Positions 25,598 to 36,983 of a DNA stretch of 64,000 nucleotides are shown here, in pieces. The translations under genes were made by a program, and so were the position numbers. The notes beneath the pieces are model-generated. The model had not been told where the DNA came from. It saw only the letters and a program-made list of their open reading frames with translations, and did not search any database. Within the stretch, counting starts at the first letter, position 1; each line of letters opens with the position of its first letter. The stretch lies in the NCBI RefSeq assembly GCF_057098645.1, contig NZ_CM169472.1; one strand, 5' to 3'.

Positions 25598-25674
25598 CGG
25601 CGAGTAGCGCAGCTTGGTAGCGCAACTGGTTTGGGACCAGTGGGTCGGAGGTTCGAATCCTCTCTCGCCGACCA
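25598..25674 (+). tRNA. proM: tRNA-Pro (anticodon TGG)
   Basis: CGGCGAGTAGCGCAGCTTGGTAGCGCAACTGGTTTGGGACCAG... CCA end. Confidence 0.95.
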
Positions 25675-25680
25675 ATTTTG

Positions 25681-25709
25681 AACCCCGCTTCGGCGGGGTT
25701 TTTTGTTTT
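25681..25709 (+). terminator. intrinsic terminator of the tRNA operon
   Basis: aaccccgc-ttcg-gcggggtt followed by ttttttgtttt. Confidence 0.85.
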
Positions 25710-25820
25710 CTGTGCATTTCGTCACCCTCCCTTCGCAATAAACGCCCGTAATAACTCATTGCCCCACGGTATGATTTCGCCCTTAACGTATTGAAGGATG
25801 ACTTCAGGCAAGGAGCGACC

Positions 25821-27056
25821 ATGCTGCAACAGGTTCCAACGCGTGCTTTTCATGTGATGGCGAAACCGAGCGGTTCCGATTGTAATCTGAACTGTGACTA
25901 CTGTTTTTATCTCGAAAAACAATCCCTTTACCGCGAAAAGCCAGTCACGCATATGGACGATGACACGCTGGAAGCGTATGTCCGTCACTATATCGCTGCC
26001 AGCGAAACCCAAAACGAAGTGGCTTTTACCTGGCAGGGCGGCGAACCAACGTTACTCGGGCTGGATTTTTACCGCCGTGCCGTGGCTCTACAGGCGAAAT
26101 ATGGTGCTGGCAGGAAGATAAGTAACAGCTTCCAGACTAACGGCGTACTGCTCGATGATGAATGGTGTGCATTTCTGGCAGAAAATCATTTTCTTGTTGG
26201 GTTATCGCTGGATGGTCCGGCTGAGATCCACAATCAATATCGCGTGACCAAAGGTGGCAGACCAACGCATAAGCTGGTGATGCGTGCCCTGACGCTGCTG
26301 CAAAAACATCATGTCGACTATAACGTGCTGGTCTGCGTCAACCGCACCAGCGCGCAGCAACCGTTGCAGGTTTATGATTTTTTGTGCGATGCGGGAGTGG
26401 AATTCATCCAGTTTATTCCGGTGGTCGAGCGCCTGGCTGATGAAACAGCTGCCCGCGATGGACTGAAACTACATGCGCCTGGTGATATTCAGGGGGAACT
26501 GACGGAATGGTCGGTGCGCCCCGATGAATTTGGTGAATTTCTGGTGGCGATATTCGACCACTGGATCAAACGCGACGTCGGCAAGATTTTCGTGATGAAT
26601 ATCGAATGGGCGTTTGCCAATTTTGTCGGTGCGCCGGGTGCGGTTTGCCATCATCAGCCAACCTGTGGGCGCTCGGTGATTGTTGAGCACAACGGCGACG
26701 TTTACGCCTGCGATCACTATGTTTATCCGCAATATCGGTTGGGGAATATGCACCAGCAAACAATTGCAGAAATGGTAGATTCTCCGCAGCAGCAGGCTTT
26801 TGGTGAAGATAAATTTAAGCAGTTACCGGCGCAGTGTCGCAGTTGCAACGTGTTAAAAGCGTGCTGGGGAGGCTGCCCGAAACACCGCTTCATGCTCAAT
26901 GCCAGCGGTAAACCGGGGCTGAATTATTTGTGTGCCGGGTATCAGCGTTATTTCCGCCATCTACCGCCATATCTTAAAGCAATGGCTGATTTGCTGGCGC
27001 ACGGTCGCCCGGCCAGTGACATTATGCAGGCACATTTGCTGGTGGTGAGTAAGTAG
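25821..27056 (+). CDS. aslB: anaerobic sulfatase-maturating enzyme (radical SAM)
   Basis: CNLNCDYCFY radical-SAM cysteine motif plus C-terminal Cys clusters; start ATG 25821 (MLQQVPTRAF...). Confidence 0.9.
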   Translation: MLQQVPTRAFHVMAKPSGSDCNLNCDYCFYLEKQSLYREKPVTHMDDDTLEAYVRHYIAASETQNEVAFTWQGGEPTLLGLDFYRRAVALQAKYGAGRKISNSFQTNGVLLDDEWCAFLAENHFLVGLSLDGPAEIHNQYRVTKGGRPTHKLVMRALTLLQKHHVDYNVLVCVNRTSAQQPLQVYDFLCDAGVEFIQFIPVVERLADETAARDGLKLHAPGDIQGELTEWSVRPDEFGEFLVAIFDHWIKRDVGKIFVMNIEWAFANFVGAPGAVCHHQPTCGRSVIVEHNGDVYACDHYVYPQYRLGNMHQQTIAEMVDSPQQQAFGEDKFKQLPAQCRSCNVLKACWGGCPKHRFMLNASGKPGLNYLCAGYQRYFRHLPPYLKAMADLLAHGRPASDIMQAHLLVVSK

Positions 27057-27082
27057 AAATCGGCGGCCGCCTGCGGTTGATT

Positions 27083-27190
27083 GCCGGATGCGATGCTGAC
27101 CGCATCTTATCCGGCCTACAGAACGCTACAATTTATTGAATTTGCAAGGCTTGTAGGCCGGATAAGGCGTTCACGCCGCATCCGGCAAGG
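27083..27190. repeat. BIME: two REP elements in inverted orientation between convergent aslB and aslA
   Basis: gccggatgcgatgctgaccgcatcttatccggcctaca ... tgtaggccggataaggcgttcacgccgcatccggca. Confidence 0.8.
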
Positions 27191-27222
27191 TCAGTGTGGC
27201 CCGATGTAGCGATATCGCCGGC

Positions 27223-28878
27223 TTAATCAGATTTAATCTGCGCGCGTGGTGGATATTTTTTCAGGATCTCCATATACGCGTGCATTTCGGTCTGTAGCGG
27301 TACACCCATCGGAATATGGCGCACGCCGATAGAGTCGCTCTCCTGCGGATCGGTGTACAGGTTAAACACCGACGATCCGGCTGTTTGCATTACTGTGCCG
27401 GTGAATCCACCCTGATATCCGCTCTGGGTATAAGCGTAAGGTTGCTGAATCAGGACGTGATACTTGAATTCATCCATACGCACAGCAGCGAGTTTACCGT
27501 TGAGGAAGTAGTGCTCGGCCTTACGGTTAGACTGACCATTTGTTCCCAGGAAGAAAGATGTCTGGTCCACACCATCGATAAAGGTGGTTTTCGGCACTAA
27601 ATTCGCCACTTTCGCGCCAGGATGCCCTGCCAGATCCAGCGCGGTAGGGAAGAGATCTGCCAGATCGACAATACCGTCAGATTTACGCGGTTGGATCATC
27701 CCTTTCCAGTACACGAAAGTCGGAACGCGAACGCCGCCTTCCCAGGTCGAACCTTTCGCACCACGGAACGGTGTGCGTCCGTGCGGCGGTACTTCGGCTT
27801 CCGGTCCGTTATCGGAGGTAAAGACAATCAGCGTGTTATCAAGCTGACCGTTTTTTTCCAGTGCTTTATACAGATTAGCGAACACATCGTTCATTTCCAC
27901 CATGCAGTCGCCATACGAGGTGCGTGCCGGAGAGCTACCCGCATATTTGGCGTTCGGGTAGTTATCGAAGTGACAGCCGCGAGTGCCGTAATAGAGGAAG
28001 AAAGGCTTATCACTCTTCGCCATCTTGTCGAGGAACTTAACGCCATATTCCATCCAGCGTTGATCCAGATCTTCCATATATTTCGGCGTAATGTCGGCAA
28101 TGGCCTGTTGTTCGCCGCCGCGCACCGCATGAACGTCATCTTTGCTAAATGGTAATTGCTTGATGTATTCAGAACGGTCCGGACTCAGGGCCACTTCCGG
28201 GTTTACGTGAACGTCGCGCCATTCGGTGTACATATCAGACACCGAGTTAAAGCCACGGAAATCATCAAAGCCAACGTTCTGCGGCTGCGACTCTTTGTTT
28301 TCCCCCATATGCCATTTCCCGATGGCCTGAGTGACGTAGCCCTGATCGTGCAGCAACTGCGGCAGCGTGGTTAACCCTTGCAGCCCGCCCGGTTGCCCAT
28401 ACATTGGCGGCATCAGAATGCCGTGGTGGATGGAGTATTGTCCGGTGAGAATAGTGGCGCGGGTTGGGGAAGAGCTTGGTTGAGAATACGCCGAAGTTAA
28501 AATCAGCCCCTGGCTGGCAACGGCGTCGATATCTGGTGTATGGTTACCCACTGCCACGCCGCCACCGTTAAAACCGACGTCCATCCAGCCCACATCGTCC
28601 AGCAAGAAAACAACCACATTCGGTTTCTTACCGGTTTTTTTCTCAAGTTCTGCCAGCTTCTGCTGGGTTTCTTTATCCTGCGCCGGATGCTGCATTACTG
28701 GCATCATGTTGTCGGCAATAGTGGTCGCCGGTTTAACCAGATACTGGTTTGGGTGATCGTATCCGGCAAAGCCTTTGCGTGCGGTGGCAGTTGACGGGGT
28801 ATCTGCTGCGCTGGCCATGAGAGGAAGAGCGGCGGCGACAGCAACAACAAGACGTTTGGGTGAAAACGAAAATTCCAT
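27223..28878 (-). CDS. aslA: arylsulfatase (sulfatase family, signal peptide)
   Basis: 551-aa ORF with N-terminal signal and the sulfatase CxPxR-type motif region (SSPTRAT). Confidence 0.9.
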   Translation of the reverse strand: MEFSFSPKRLVVAVAAALPLMASAADTPSTATARKGFAGYDHPNQYLVKPATTIADNMMPVMQHPAQDKETQQKLAELEKKTGKKPNVVVFLLDDVGWMDVGFNGGGVAVGNHTPDIDAVASQGLILTSAYSQPSSSPTRATILTGQYSIHHGILMPPMYGQPGGLQGLTTLPQLLHDQGYVTQAIGKWHMGENKESQPQNVGFDDFRGFNSVSDMYTEWRDVHVNPEVALSPDRSEYIKQLPFSKDDVHAVRGGEQQAIADITPKYMEDLDQRWMEYGVKFLDKMAKSDKPFFLYYGTRGCHFDNYPNAKYAGSSPARTSYGDCMVEMNDVFANLYKALEKNGQLDNTLIVFTSDNGPEAEVPPHGRTPFRGAKGSTWEGGVRVPTFVYWKGMIQPRKSDGIVDLADLFPTALDLAGHPGAKVANLVPKTTFIDGVDQTSFFLGTNGQSNRKAEHYFLNGKLAAVRMDEFKYHVLIQQPYAYTQSGYQGGFTGTVMQTAGSSVFNLYTDPQESDSIGVRHIPMGVPLQTEMHAYMEILKKYPPRAQIKSD

Positions 28879-29302
28879 GCAAAATGCTCCGGTTTCATGT
28901 CATCAAAATGATGACGTAATTAAGCATTGATAATTGAGATCCCTCTCCCTGACAGGATGATTACATAAATAATAGTGATAAAAATAAATTATTTATTTAT
29001 CCAAGAAATGAATTTAAAAATCAGGAGAGCGTTTTCAATCCTACCTCTGGCACAGTTGATATGTAAGGCAGGTTTATTATATCGCGTTGATTATTGATGC
29101 TGTTTTTAGTTTTAACGGCAATTAATATATGTGTTATTAATTGAATGAATTTTATCATTCATAATAAGTATGTGTAGAATCAAGCTCAGGGTAAATATTC
29201 ACTCAGAAAGTTATTACTCAGGAAGCCAAGAGGATTACAGAATTATCTCATAACAAGTGTTAAGGGATGTTATTTCCCGATTCTCTGTGGCATAATAAAC
29301 GA

Positions 29303-29499
29303 GTAGATGCTCATTCCATCTCTTATGTTCGCCTTAGTGCCTCATAAACTCCGGAATGACGCAGAGCCGTTTACGGTGCTTATCGTCCACTGACAGATGT
29401 CGCTTATGCCTCATCAGACACCATGGACACAACGTTGAGTGAAGCACCCACTTGTTGTCATACAGACCTGTTTTAACGCCTGCTCCGTAATAAGAGCAG
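29303..29499 (+). ncRNA. glmZ: small RNA GlmZ (glmS activator) with its intrinsic terminator
   Basis: recognised sequence GTAGATGCTCATTCCATCTCTTATGTTCGCC...; -10 CATAAT at 29291-29296; terminal hairpin ctgctc-cgtaataa-gagcag followed by T7 at 29493-29499. Confidence 0.8.
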
Positions 29500-29556
29500 G
29501 CGTTTTTTTATGTGTCAGGAAGGCCCCGGAGGTGCTTGCCTCCGGGTGAGAAGGAA

Positions 29557-30753
29557 CTACTGTGGTGGGTTGTTCTGCAACGTTAACATCAAACCGTCGC
29601 GACGCATCGCTGCAGCTTCTTCCGGCTTGTGCAGTCTGTCCAGCGCGTCGGCAAGCCATGCGTAATCGTAGGCGTCCGGACGTTGTTTCAGCGCTGCGCG
29701 GAAGGCGAGCGATGCTTCCTGCCATTCTCCGTGCTTCATCAGTGACTGGCCCAGTGTGCTCCACAACAGCGGGCGATCGCCGACGTTTTTGATTTGCTGG
29801 CGCAGCACTTTTTCCAGCTGTTCCGGATTGTTTGTTTTCAGTCGAGGAATCGGCAGCAGTAGGCGATCGTCGTACTGGCGTTTCAGGCCATCGATGATAA
29901 TTTGCTGGGCAGTATCATGATCGTCACATTCAATAAGATGTTCCGCCATTGCCACCTGCAACGCTACCTGATGACGCGTTTTCCGGCTTTGGTTTTTCCA
30001 CCAGTTACGCAAACCTTCGCTACCGTTATCGGCACGCGCCTGATCCATCAGGCCAATCCATGCCTGTTGTTCCAGCATTGCACGATGTTCTTCATCACCA
30101 ACATGGGCTTTCGCCATTGATGGGATAATATCCAGCAGCGAACTCCATGCTCCTGTGCGGATATACGCCTGTTCCGCCAGACGTAATACTTCCGGATGGC
30201 GTGGCGTAACTTCCAGCAGCTTATCCACGCCGTGGCGTGCAGCATGGTTTTCATTACGGGCCAGTTGCAGACGTACACGGGTGATTTCTACCGGAATGGT
30301 GTCATTGCCGGCCAGCTCCGCTGCGCGTTCCAGATGTTGGTTGGCGCGCGCTTCATCACCACGTTGTTGCGCGGCTTCGGCAGCCAGTAGATAGTTCACC
30401 ACCGGTTGTTCAGCGTGATCGGCATTTTTCGCCATCAGCTTTTCAACTTGCTGATAATCGCCTTCCGCCAGTTTCAGCAGCGCCTGTTCGGTCTGCTTAC
30501 GTGCACGGCGACGCTTACGCCCGACAAACCACCCACGGGTGTGCGCGCCAGTGCGGAAGATCCGCCGCAGTAGCCACTCAATGGCAAACAGCACTACCAT
30601 CGCCAGAATCAATATGATCGCCAGGCCCGTGACGCTGGTTTCGATATTGTAGTTGTCGGTCTGGATCAGCACATAACCCTGATGATCGGCAATCATCGGG
30701 CCAACCACGATCCCCGCAATCAGCAACACAAAGAGCAATAACACTTTTAGCAT
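29557..30753 (-). CDS. hemY: HemY protein (TPR-containing inner-membrane protein, heme operon)
   Basis: 398-aa ORF, N-terminal TM segments, position downstream of hemX. Confidence 0.9.
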   Translation of the reverse strand: MLKVLLLFVLLIAGIVVGPMIADHQGYVLIQTDNYNIETSVTGLAIILILAMVVLFAIEWLLRRIFRTGAHTRGWFVGRKRRRARKQTEQALLKLAEGDYQQVEKLMAKNADHAEQPVVNYLLAAEAAQQRGDEARANQHLERAAELAGNDTIPVEITRVRLQLARNENHAARHGVDKLLEVTPRHPEVLRLAEQAYIRTGAWSSLLDIIPSMAKAHVGDEEHRAMLEQQAWIGLMDQARADNGSEGLRNWWKNQSRKTRHQVALQVAMAEHLIECDDHDTAQQIIIDGLKRQYDDRLLLPIPRLKTNNPEQLEKVLRQQIKNVGDRPLLWSTLGQSLMKHGEWQEASLAFRAALKQRPDAYDYAWLADALDRLHKPEEAAAMRRDGLMLTLQNNPPQ

Positions 30754-30755
30754 GG

Positions 30756-31943
30756 TTATTCTCCTTGCGGCGCGGCTGCCGGAGTATCAGCTTGCGGTGC
30801 AGGTGCAGGTGCAGGTTTGGCTTCCGTTGCCCCCGCTGCCGGTTGTGCCAGCAGGTTACGCACGCGAGTCTGCATCAGTTTTTCTAGCATCGTCTGGCTT
30901 TGCAGTGTTTCCGGGAGATCCATCGAAATACTTTGCTGACTTAACTGGTCCACCTCGTCGAGGAATGCTTTGGTCGTTGCATCTTCAGTATCGTAATAAG
31001 CACGAACCCAGGTGGAGACATTCTCCAGTGCCTGGCGGTAAGTCTCTTCCTGATGACGCGGCACAGCTTGTGCGGCGACCAGCAGACGGGAACGAATATT
31101 TTCGCGCAGATAGATATCCTGATTTGGCGCTAACAGCGGTACGGCGGTGTCATCACGACGGCGAATCGTAATGAAGTTGTCCATAAAGTTCTGCCAGCTT
31201 TTTTGCAGATTGATACGCCATTCGCTGATGGAACTGGAAAGCTCTTCACCGTCGGAATCCATCGGCGAACCATCGCTGTCATTATCGGCCAGACGCAGGT
31301 TATCTACCTGATTTGAAAGCTGATTAAGCTTAAGGATGATGCCGTCATAATCCACCTGCGATACTGCAGAAAGGCTGGCGATATCATCGGTAATTGCCCG
31401 ACGAACGGTAATCAGACTTGGGTCATTCATATCCGCCAGGCTGGCGTCTGCACTTTTCAGCAACGCTGCAGCGGTCGTGACGTCCTGATCGCTCCACAGC
31501 TTCCGTCCGGCGAGTTTCACCAGAAAATCGGCCTGAGCCAGCAGCCAGGTTTTAGCATCGCTGCCGGAAATGGTGGCGACCTTTTGTTGGACTTCATCCA
31601 ACTGTTTTGCCAGCGTTTCTTGCTGACGATTCGCCTGTTCAAGCTGTGCAGCTTGTTGCTTGATAATGCCTTCCAGCTCGGCTTTTTGGCTCTCCTGGGC
31701 TTTTTGCAGCGCCGTGAGTTGGCTTGCCAGGGCATCGCTGGTGGCAGTCTGACTGACGGCCTGTTGTTTACCCCAGCCATACAACCCGACGCCTGCTGCC
31801 AGAGCAATGGCGATAGCCACCGCACTGAGAATCAGAGCGGTACTGTTCTTACTCTTCTTTTCTGCAACGACAGGTTGTGGCGTGGTGTCCACGGCCTCCC
31901 TGGTATCTTCAACCACGGCGGAGGTTTTTTCTTGTTCCGTCAT
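30756..31943 (-). CDS. hemX: HemX protein (membrane-anchored, coiled-coil rich)
   Basis: 395-aa ORF with Ala/Gln-rich repeats and one TM segment. Confidence 0.88.
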   Translation of the reverse strand: MTEQEKTSAVVEDTREAVDTTPQPVVAEKKSKNSTALILSAVAIAIALAAGVGLYGWGKQQAVSQTATSDALASQLTALQKAQESQKAELEGIIKQQAAQLEQANRQQETLAKQLDEVQQKVATISGSDAKTWLLAQADFLVKLAGRKLWSDQDVTTAAALLKSADASLADMNDPSLITVRRAITDDIASLSAVSQVDYDGIILKLNQLSNQVDNLRLADNDSDGSPMDSDGEELSSSISEWRINLQKSWQNFMDNFITIRRRDDTAVPLLAPNQDIYLRENIRSRLLVAAQAVPRHQEETYRQALENVSTWVRAYYDTEDATTKAFLDEVDQLSQQSISMDLPETLQSQTMLEKLMQTRVRNLLAQPAAGATEAKPAPAPAPQADTPAAAPQGE

Positions 31944-31967
31944 TATGGCTTCCTGTTATGAGAGTTA

Positions 31968-32705
31968 TTATAATGCCCGTAATAGCGCATCGTTGTCAGC
32001 GTTATCGGCGACCTTAATGTCATTCCAGCCCAGTTCCCGGGCGAGTTTCGCCAAACGCTCACTGACGACCAAAAGCCGACAGCGTAGTAACCAGTGCTCA
32101 CGATACCATTGTGGGATCAATGACCAGAGTTGATGCAACATTTCACCGCTGGTAACAACGACGGTAGTCACCTCGCGAGATTGCCAACGCATCGCCTCTT
32201 CTGCACCGTCATAATGAATGGCGCACCGTTGATAACATTCACAAAAAGCGACTTCAGCACCGCGTGCTGTCAGAGTTTCTCCAATCAGCTCACGACCGCC
32301 GTTGCCACGTAATATCAGCGCACGTTTGCCAGCAATATTTTGTAATTCAGGTAATTGTAGCAAGACTTCACTAATTTCCCGATCCTGCGGATAACGAACC
32401 TGGTGTCCACTCACGGTATGCAGCGCCAGCGCAGTGGTGCGGCCGATAGCGAAATAACCAGCAAGTAATGGCCACTTAAGAGCTTGCTGATGCAGTTGCG
32501 ATTGGGCATAAGCAACGGCGTGTTGCGAAAGGGCAAACAACAGATCGCCTTCACCAAGTGCTGATAGCAGGTCGGCAAGTTGTGGTAATTGCCGACCTGG
32601 GGAAAACTCTATCAGTGGAAAATGCCAGGCCACCTGCCCCAGTGTGCGCAGACGGCTCACTAACTCTTCTCCAGCGGGAGACGGGCGGGTGACCAGGATA
32701 CTCAT
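31968..32705 (-). CDS. hemD: uroporphyrinogen-III synthase
   Basis: 245-aa HemD-family ORF overlapping hemC by 4 bp. Confidence 0.92.
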   Translation of the reverse strand: MSILVTRPSPAGEELVSRLRTLGQVAWHFPLIEFSPGRQLPQLADLLSALGEGDLLFALSQHAVAYAQSQLHQQALKWPLLAGYFAIGRTTALALHTVSGHQVRYPQDREISEVLLQLPELQNIAGKRALILRGNGGRELIGETLTARGAEVAFCECYQRCAIHYDGAEEAMRWQSREVTTVVVTSGEMLHQLWSLIPQWYREHWLLRCRLLVVSERLAKLARELGWNDIKVADNADNDALLRAL

Positions 32706-33643
32706 GCCGGGGCGTCTCCGTTATAGACTTCAGCGAGGATCTCGCGCGCGCCGTTATTCAGTAGCTCTTCTGCCAGCGAAATGCCCATTTGTTCGGCATC
32801 CTGCGGCGCACCGCGGCGTTCACCGCGAATAATTTGCGAACCGTCCGGCGCGCCGACCAGCGCACGCAGCCAGATTTCGCCATCAATAAGCTCGGCGTAG
32901 CTACCAATTGGCACCTGACATCCGCCTTCGAGACGGGTATTCATGGCGCGTTCTGCGGTAACGCGCAGTGCAGTTTCGTGGTGATTCAGCGCGGCAAGCA
33001 GCTCGCGAGTGCGTGTATCATCAAGGCGGCATTCAATACCGACTGCACCTTGTCCTACCGCCGGAAGAGAAATCTCGGGTGGCAACGCGGCGCGAATGCG
33101 GGACTCCAGACCTAAACGTTTTAGTCCGGCTACGGCAAGAATGATGGCATCGTATTCGCCGTTATCCAGTTTGCTCAGGCGAGTGCCGACGTTGCCGCGC
33201 AGGGAGCGGATAATCAGATCCGGGCGGCGTTCAGCCAGTTGGCACTGGCGACGTAAACTGGACGTCCCGACGATACTGCCTGCCGGTAACGCATCCAGAC
33301 TGTCATAGTTATTGGACACAAAGGCATCGCGAGGATCTTCACGCTCGCAAATAGTGACCAGCCCCAGACCTTGCGGGAATTCAACCGGCACATCTTTCAT
33401 TGAATGTACGGCGATATCGGCGCGATTTTTGAGGAGCGCGACTTCCAGCTCTTTTACAAATAAGCCTTTTCCGCCGACTTTCGCCAGCGGCGTATCAAGA
33501 ATCACATCGCCGCGCGTCACCATCGGTACCAGTTCAACGACCAGGCCCGGATGGCTCGCCATCAACTTGTCTTTGACATAGTGTGCCTGCCAGAGTGCAA
33601 GTGGGCTTTGGCGTGTGGCAATTCTTAAAACATTGTCTAACAT
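32702..33643 (-). CDS. hemC: porphobilinogen deaminase (hydroxymethylbilane synthase)
   Basis: [23 protein letters not shown]... 313 aa from the internal ATG at 33643. Confidence 0.93.
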   Translation of the reverse strand: MLDNVLRIATRQSPLALWQAHYVKDKLMASHPGLVVELVPMVTRGDVILDTPLAKVGGKGLFVKELEVALLKNRADIAVHSMKDVPVEFPQGLGLVTICEREDPRDAFVSNNYDSLDALPAGSIVGTSSLRRQCQLAERRPDLIIRSLRGNVGTRLSKLDNGEYDAIILAVAGLKRLGLESRIRAALPPEISLPAVGQGAVGIECRLDDTRTRELLAALNHHETALRVTAERAMNTRLEGGCQVPIGSYAELIDGEIWLRALVGAPDGSQIIRGERRGAPQDAEQMGISLAEELLNNGAREILAEVYNGDAPA

Positions 33644-34029
33644 GCTTGTTACCGTCATTATCATCCGTGGTCCATCCTAACATCCTTGCCAGAGTGATGT
33701 CAGTGTTGTGGTGAAACGTAGACGCCTGCGCAAACCGTAAAATGAGGTCTGGCAGTGGATCCTGACAGGCGTTTCACGCCGTCGTAATAAGGAATTTACA
33801 GAGAATAAACGGTGCTACACTTGTATGTAGCGCATCTTTCTTTACGGTCAATCAGCAAGGTGTTAAATTGATCACGTTTTAGACCATTTTTTCGTCGTGA
33901 AACTAAAAAAACCAGGCGCGAAAAGTGGTAACGGTTACCTTTGACATACGAAATATCCCGAATGCCGCGTGTTACCGTTGATGTTGGCGGAATCACAGTC
34001 ATGACGGGTAGCAAATCAGGCGATACGTC

Positions 34030-36576
34030 TTGTACCTCTATATTGAGACTCTGAAACAGAGACTGGATGCCATAAATCAATTGCGTGTGGATCGCGCGCT
34101 TGCTGCTATGGGGCCTGCATTCCAACAGGTCTACAGTCTACTGCCGACATTGTTGCACTATCACCATCCGCTAATGCCGGGTTACCTTGATGGTAACGTT
34201 CCCAAAGGCATTTGCCTTTACACGCCTGATGAAACTCAACGCCACTACCTGAACGAGCTTGAACTGTATCGTGGAATGTCAGTACAGGACCCGCCGAAAG
34301 GTGAGCTTCCAATTACTGGTGTATACACCATGGGCAGCACCTCGTCCGTAGGGCAAAGTTGTTCCTCTGACCTGGATATCTGGGTCTGTCATCAATCCTG
34401 GCTCGATAGCGAAGAGCGCCAGTTGCTACAACGTAAATGCAGCCTGCTGGAAAGCTGGGCCGCCTCGCTGGGTGTGGAAGTTAGCTTCTTCCTGATTGAT
34501 GAAAACCGTTTTCGCCACAACGAGAGTGGCAGTCTGGGGGGCGAAGATTGTGGCTCCACCCAGCATATACTGCTGCTTGATGAATTTTATCGTACCGCCG
34601 TGCGTCTCGCCGGTAAGCGTATTCTGTGGAATATGGTGCCGTGCGACGAAGAAGAGCATTACGATGACTACGTAATGACGCTCTACGCACAAGGCGTGCT
34701 GACGCCAAATGAATGGCTGGATCTCGGTGGCTTAAGCTCGCTTTCTGCTGAAGAGTACTTTGGTGCCAGCCTTTGGCAGCTCTACAAGAGTATCGATTCC
34801 CCATACAAAGCGGTACTGAAAACACTGCTGCTGGAAGCCTATTCCTGGGAATACCCGAACCCACGTCTGCTGGCGAAAGATATCAAACAGCGTTTGCACG
34901 ACGGCGAGATTGTATCGTTTGGTCTCGATCCATACTGCATGATGCTGGAGCGTGTTACTGAATACCTGACGGCGATTGAAGATTTTACCCGTCTGGATTT
35001 AGTACGTCGCTGCTTCTATTTAAAAGTGTGCGAAAAGCTCAGCCGTGAACGCGCCTGCGTAGGCTGGCGTCGCGCAGTGTTGAGCCAGTTAGTGAGCGAG
35101 TGGGGTTGGGACGAAGCTCGTCTGGCAATGCTCGATAACCGTGCTAACTGGAAGATTGATCAGGTGCGTGAGGCGCACAACGAGCTGCTCGACGCGATGA
35201 TGCAGAGCTACCGTAATCTGATCCGCTTTGCGCGTCGCAATAACCTTAGCGTCTCCGCCAGTCCGCAGGATATCGGCGTGCTGACGCGTAAGCTGTATGC
35301 CGCGTTTGAAGCATTACCAGGTAAAGTGACGCTGGTAAACCCGCAGATTTCGCCCGATCTCTCGGAACCGAATCTGACCTTTATTTATGTGCCGCCGGGC
35401 CGGGCTAACCGTTCAGGTTGGTATCTGTATAACCGCGCGCCAAATATTGAGTCGATCATCAGCCATCAGCCGCTGGAATATAACCGTTACCTGAATAAAC
35501 TGGTGGCGTGGGCATGGTTTAACGGCCTGCTGACCTCGCGCACCCGCTTGTATATTAAAGGTAACGGCATTGTCGATTTGCCTAAGTTGCAGGAGATGGT
35601 CGCCGACGTGTCGCACCATTTCCCGCTGCGCTTACCTGCACCGACACCGAAGGCGCTCTACAGTCCGTGTGAGATCCGCCATCTGGCGATTATCGTTAAC
35701 CTGGAATATGACCCGACAGCTGCGTTCCGCAATCAGGTGGTGCATTTCGATTTCCGTAAGCTGGATGTCTTCAGCTTTGGCGAGAATCAAAATTGCCTGG
35801 TAGGTAGCGTTGACCTGCTGTACCGCAACTCGTGGAACGAAGTGCGTACGCTGCACTTCAACGGCGAGCAATCGATGATCGAAGCCCTGAAAACTATTCT
35901 CGGCAAAATGCATCAGGACGCCGCACCGCCAGATAGCGTGGAAGTCTTCTGTTATAGTCAGCATCTGCGCGGCTTAATCCGTACTCGCGTGCAGCAACTG
36001 GTTTCTGAGTGTATTGAACTGCGTCTTTCCAGCACCCGCCAGGAAACCGGACGCTTCAAGGCGCTGCGCGTTTCTGGTCAAACCTGGGGGTTGTTCTTCG
36101 AACGCCTGAATGTATCGGTACAGAAACTGGAAAACGCCATCGAGTTTTATGGCGCGATTTCGCATAACAAACTGCACGGCCTGTCAGTGCAGGTTGAAAC
36201 CAATCACGTCAAATTACCGGCGGTGGTGGACGGCTTTGCCAGCGAAGGGATCATCCAGTTCTTTTTCGAAGAAACGCAAGACGAGAATGGCTTTAATATC
36301 TACATTCTCGACGAAAGCAACCGGGTTGAGGTGTATCACCACTGCGAAGGCAGCAAAGAGGAGCTGGTACGTGACGTCAGTCGCTTCTACTCGTCATCGC
36401 ATGACCGTTTTACCTACGGCTCAAGCTTCATCAACTTCAACCTGCCGCAGTTCTATCAGATTGTGAAGGTTGATGGTCGTGAACAGGTGATTCCGTTCCG
36501 CACAAAATCTATCGGTAACATGCCGCCTGCCAATCAGGATCACGATACGCCGCTATTACAGCAGTATTTTTCGTGA
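34030..36576 (+). CDS. cyaA: adenylate cyclase (class I), TTG start
   Basis: 848-aa [50 protein letters not shown]... Confidence 0.95.
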   Translation: MYLYIETLKQRLDAINQLRVDRALAAMGPAFQQVYSLLPTLLHYHHPLMPGYLDGNVPKGICLYTPDETQRHYLNELELYRGMSVQDPPKGELPITGVYTMGSTSSVGQSCSSDLDIWVCHQSWLDSEERQLLQRKCSLLESWAASLGVEVSFFLIDENRFRHNESGSLGGEDCGSTQHILLLDEFYRTAVRLAGKRILWNMVPCDEEEHYDDYVMTLYAQGVLTPNEWLDLGGLSSLSAEEYFGASLWQLYKSIDSPYKAVLKTLLLEAYSWEYPNPRLLAKDIKQRLHDGEIVSFGLDPYCMMLERVTEYLTAIEDFTRLDLVRRCFYLKVCEKLSRERACVGWRRAVLSQLVSEWGWDEARLAMLDNRANWKIDQVREAHNELLDAMMQSYRNLIRFARRNNLSVSASPQDIGVLTRKLYAAFEALPGKVTLVNPQISPDLSEPNLTFIYVPPGRANRSGWYLYNRAPNIESIISHQPLEYNRYLNKLVAWAWFNGLLTSRTRLYIKGNGIVDLPKLQEMVADVSHHFPLRLPAPTPKALYSPCEIRHLAIIVNLEYDPTAAFRNQVVHFDFRKLDVFSFGENQNCLVGSVDLLYRNSWNEVRTLHFNGEQSMIEALKTILGKMHQDAAPPDSVEVFCYSQHLRGLIRTRVQQLVSECIELRLSSTRQETGRFKALRVSGQTWGLFFERLNVSVQKLENAIEFYGAISHNKLHGLSVQVETNHVKLPAVVDGFASEGIIQFFFEETQDENGFNIYILDESNRVEVYHHCEGSKEELVRDVSRFYSSSHDRFTYGSSFINFNLPQFYQIVKVDGREQVIPFRTKSIGNMPPANQDHDTPLLQQYFS

Positions 36577-36615
36577 TGAACGTGCCGGAAAGCGAGGCTT
36601 ATCCGGCATGCAATC

Positions 36616-36936
36616 TTAGCGGAAACTGACTGTTTCACCCGCCTGCTGCGTCGCCGCCTGTTCCAGCAAATCCCAGAAGGTTTCGCCGCTGCGATCGCAA
36701 ATCCACTCATCGCCTTTCAGATCAAAATGGTAGCCGCCTTGTTTGGTTGCCAGCCATACCTGGTGCAGCGGTTCCTGGCGGTTGATAATGATTTTGCTGC
36801 CATTCTCAAAGGTAATGGTCAGCACGCCGCCGTTGATTTCGCAGTCGATATCGCTGTCGCCATCCCAGTCGTCCAGACGCTCTTCAATGGTCAGCCACAG
36901 TTGATCAGCCAGGCGATGAAATTCACTGTCGTTCAT
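36616..36936 (-). CDS. cyaY: frataxin homolog CyaY (iron-sulfur cluster assembly)
   Basis: 106-aa [36 protein letters not shown]... Confidence 0.93.
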
Positions 36937-36983
36937 TGTTGTATCCTGTTTTTAAGTGATGGCGGCAGTATAGCGGCATGGGG

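Noticed and set aside
29414-29764. 116-aa minus-strand ORF overlapping glmZ and the hemY 3' end
   Set aside because: It overlaps a recognised sRNA and the end of hemY; Arg/Ala-rich low-complexity translation typical of spurious ORFs.
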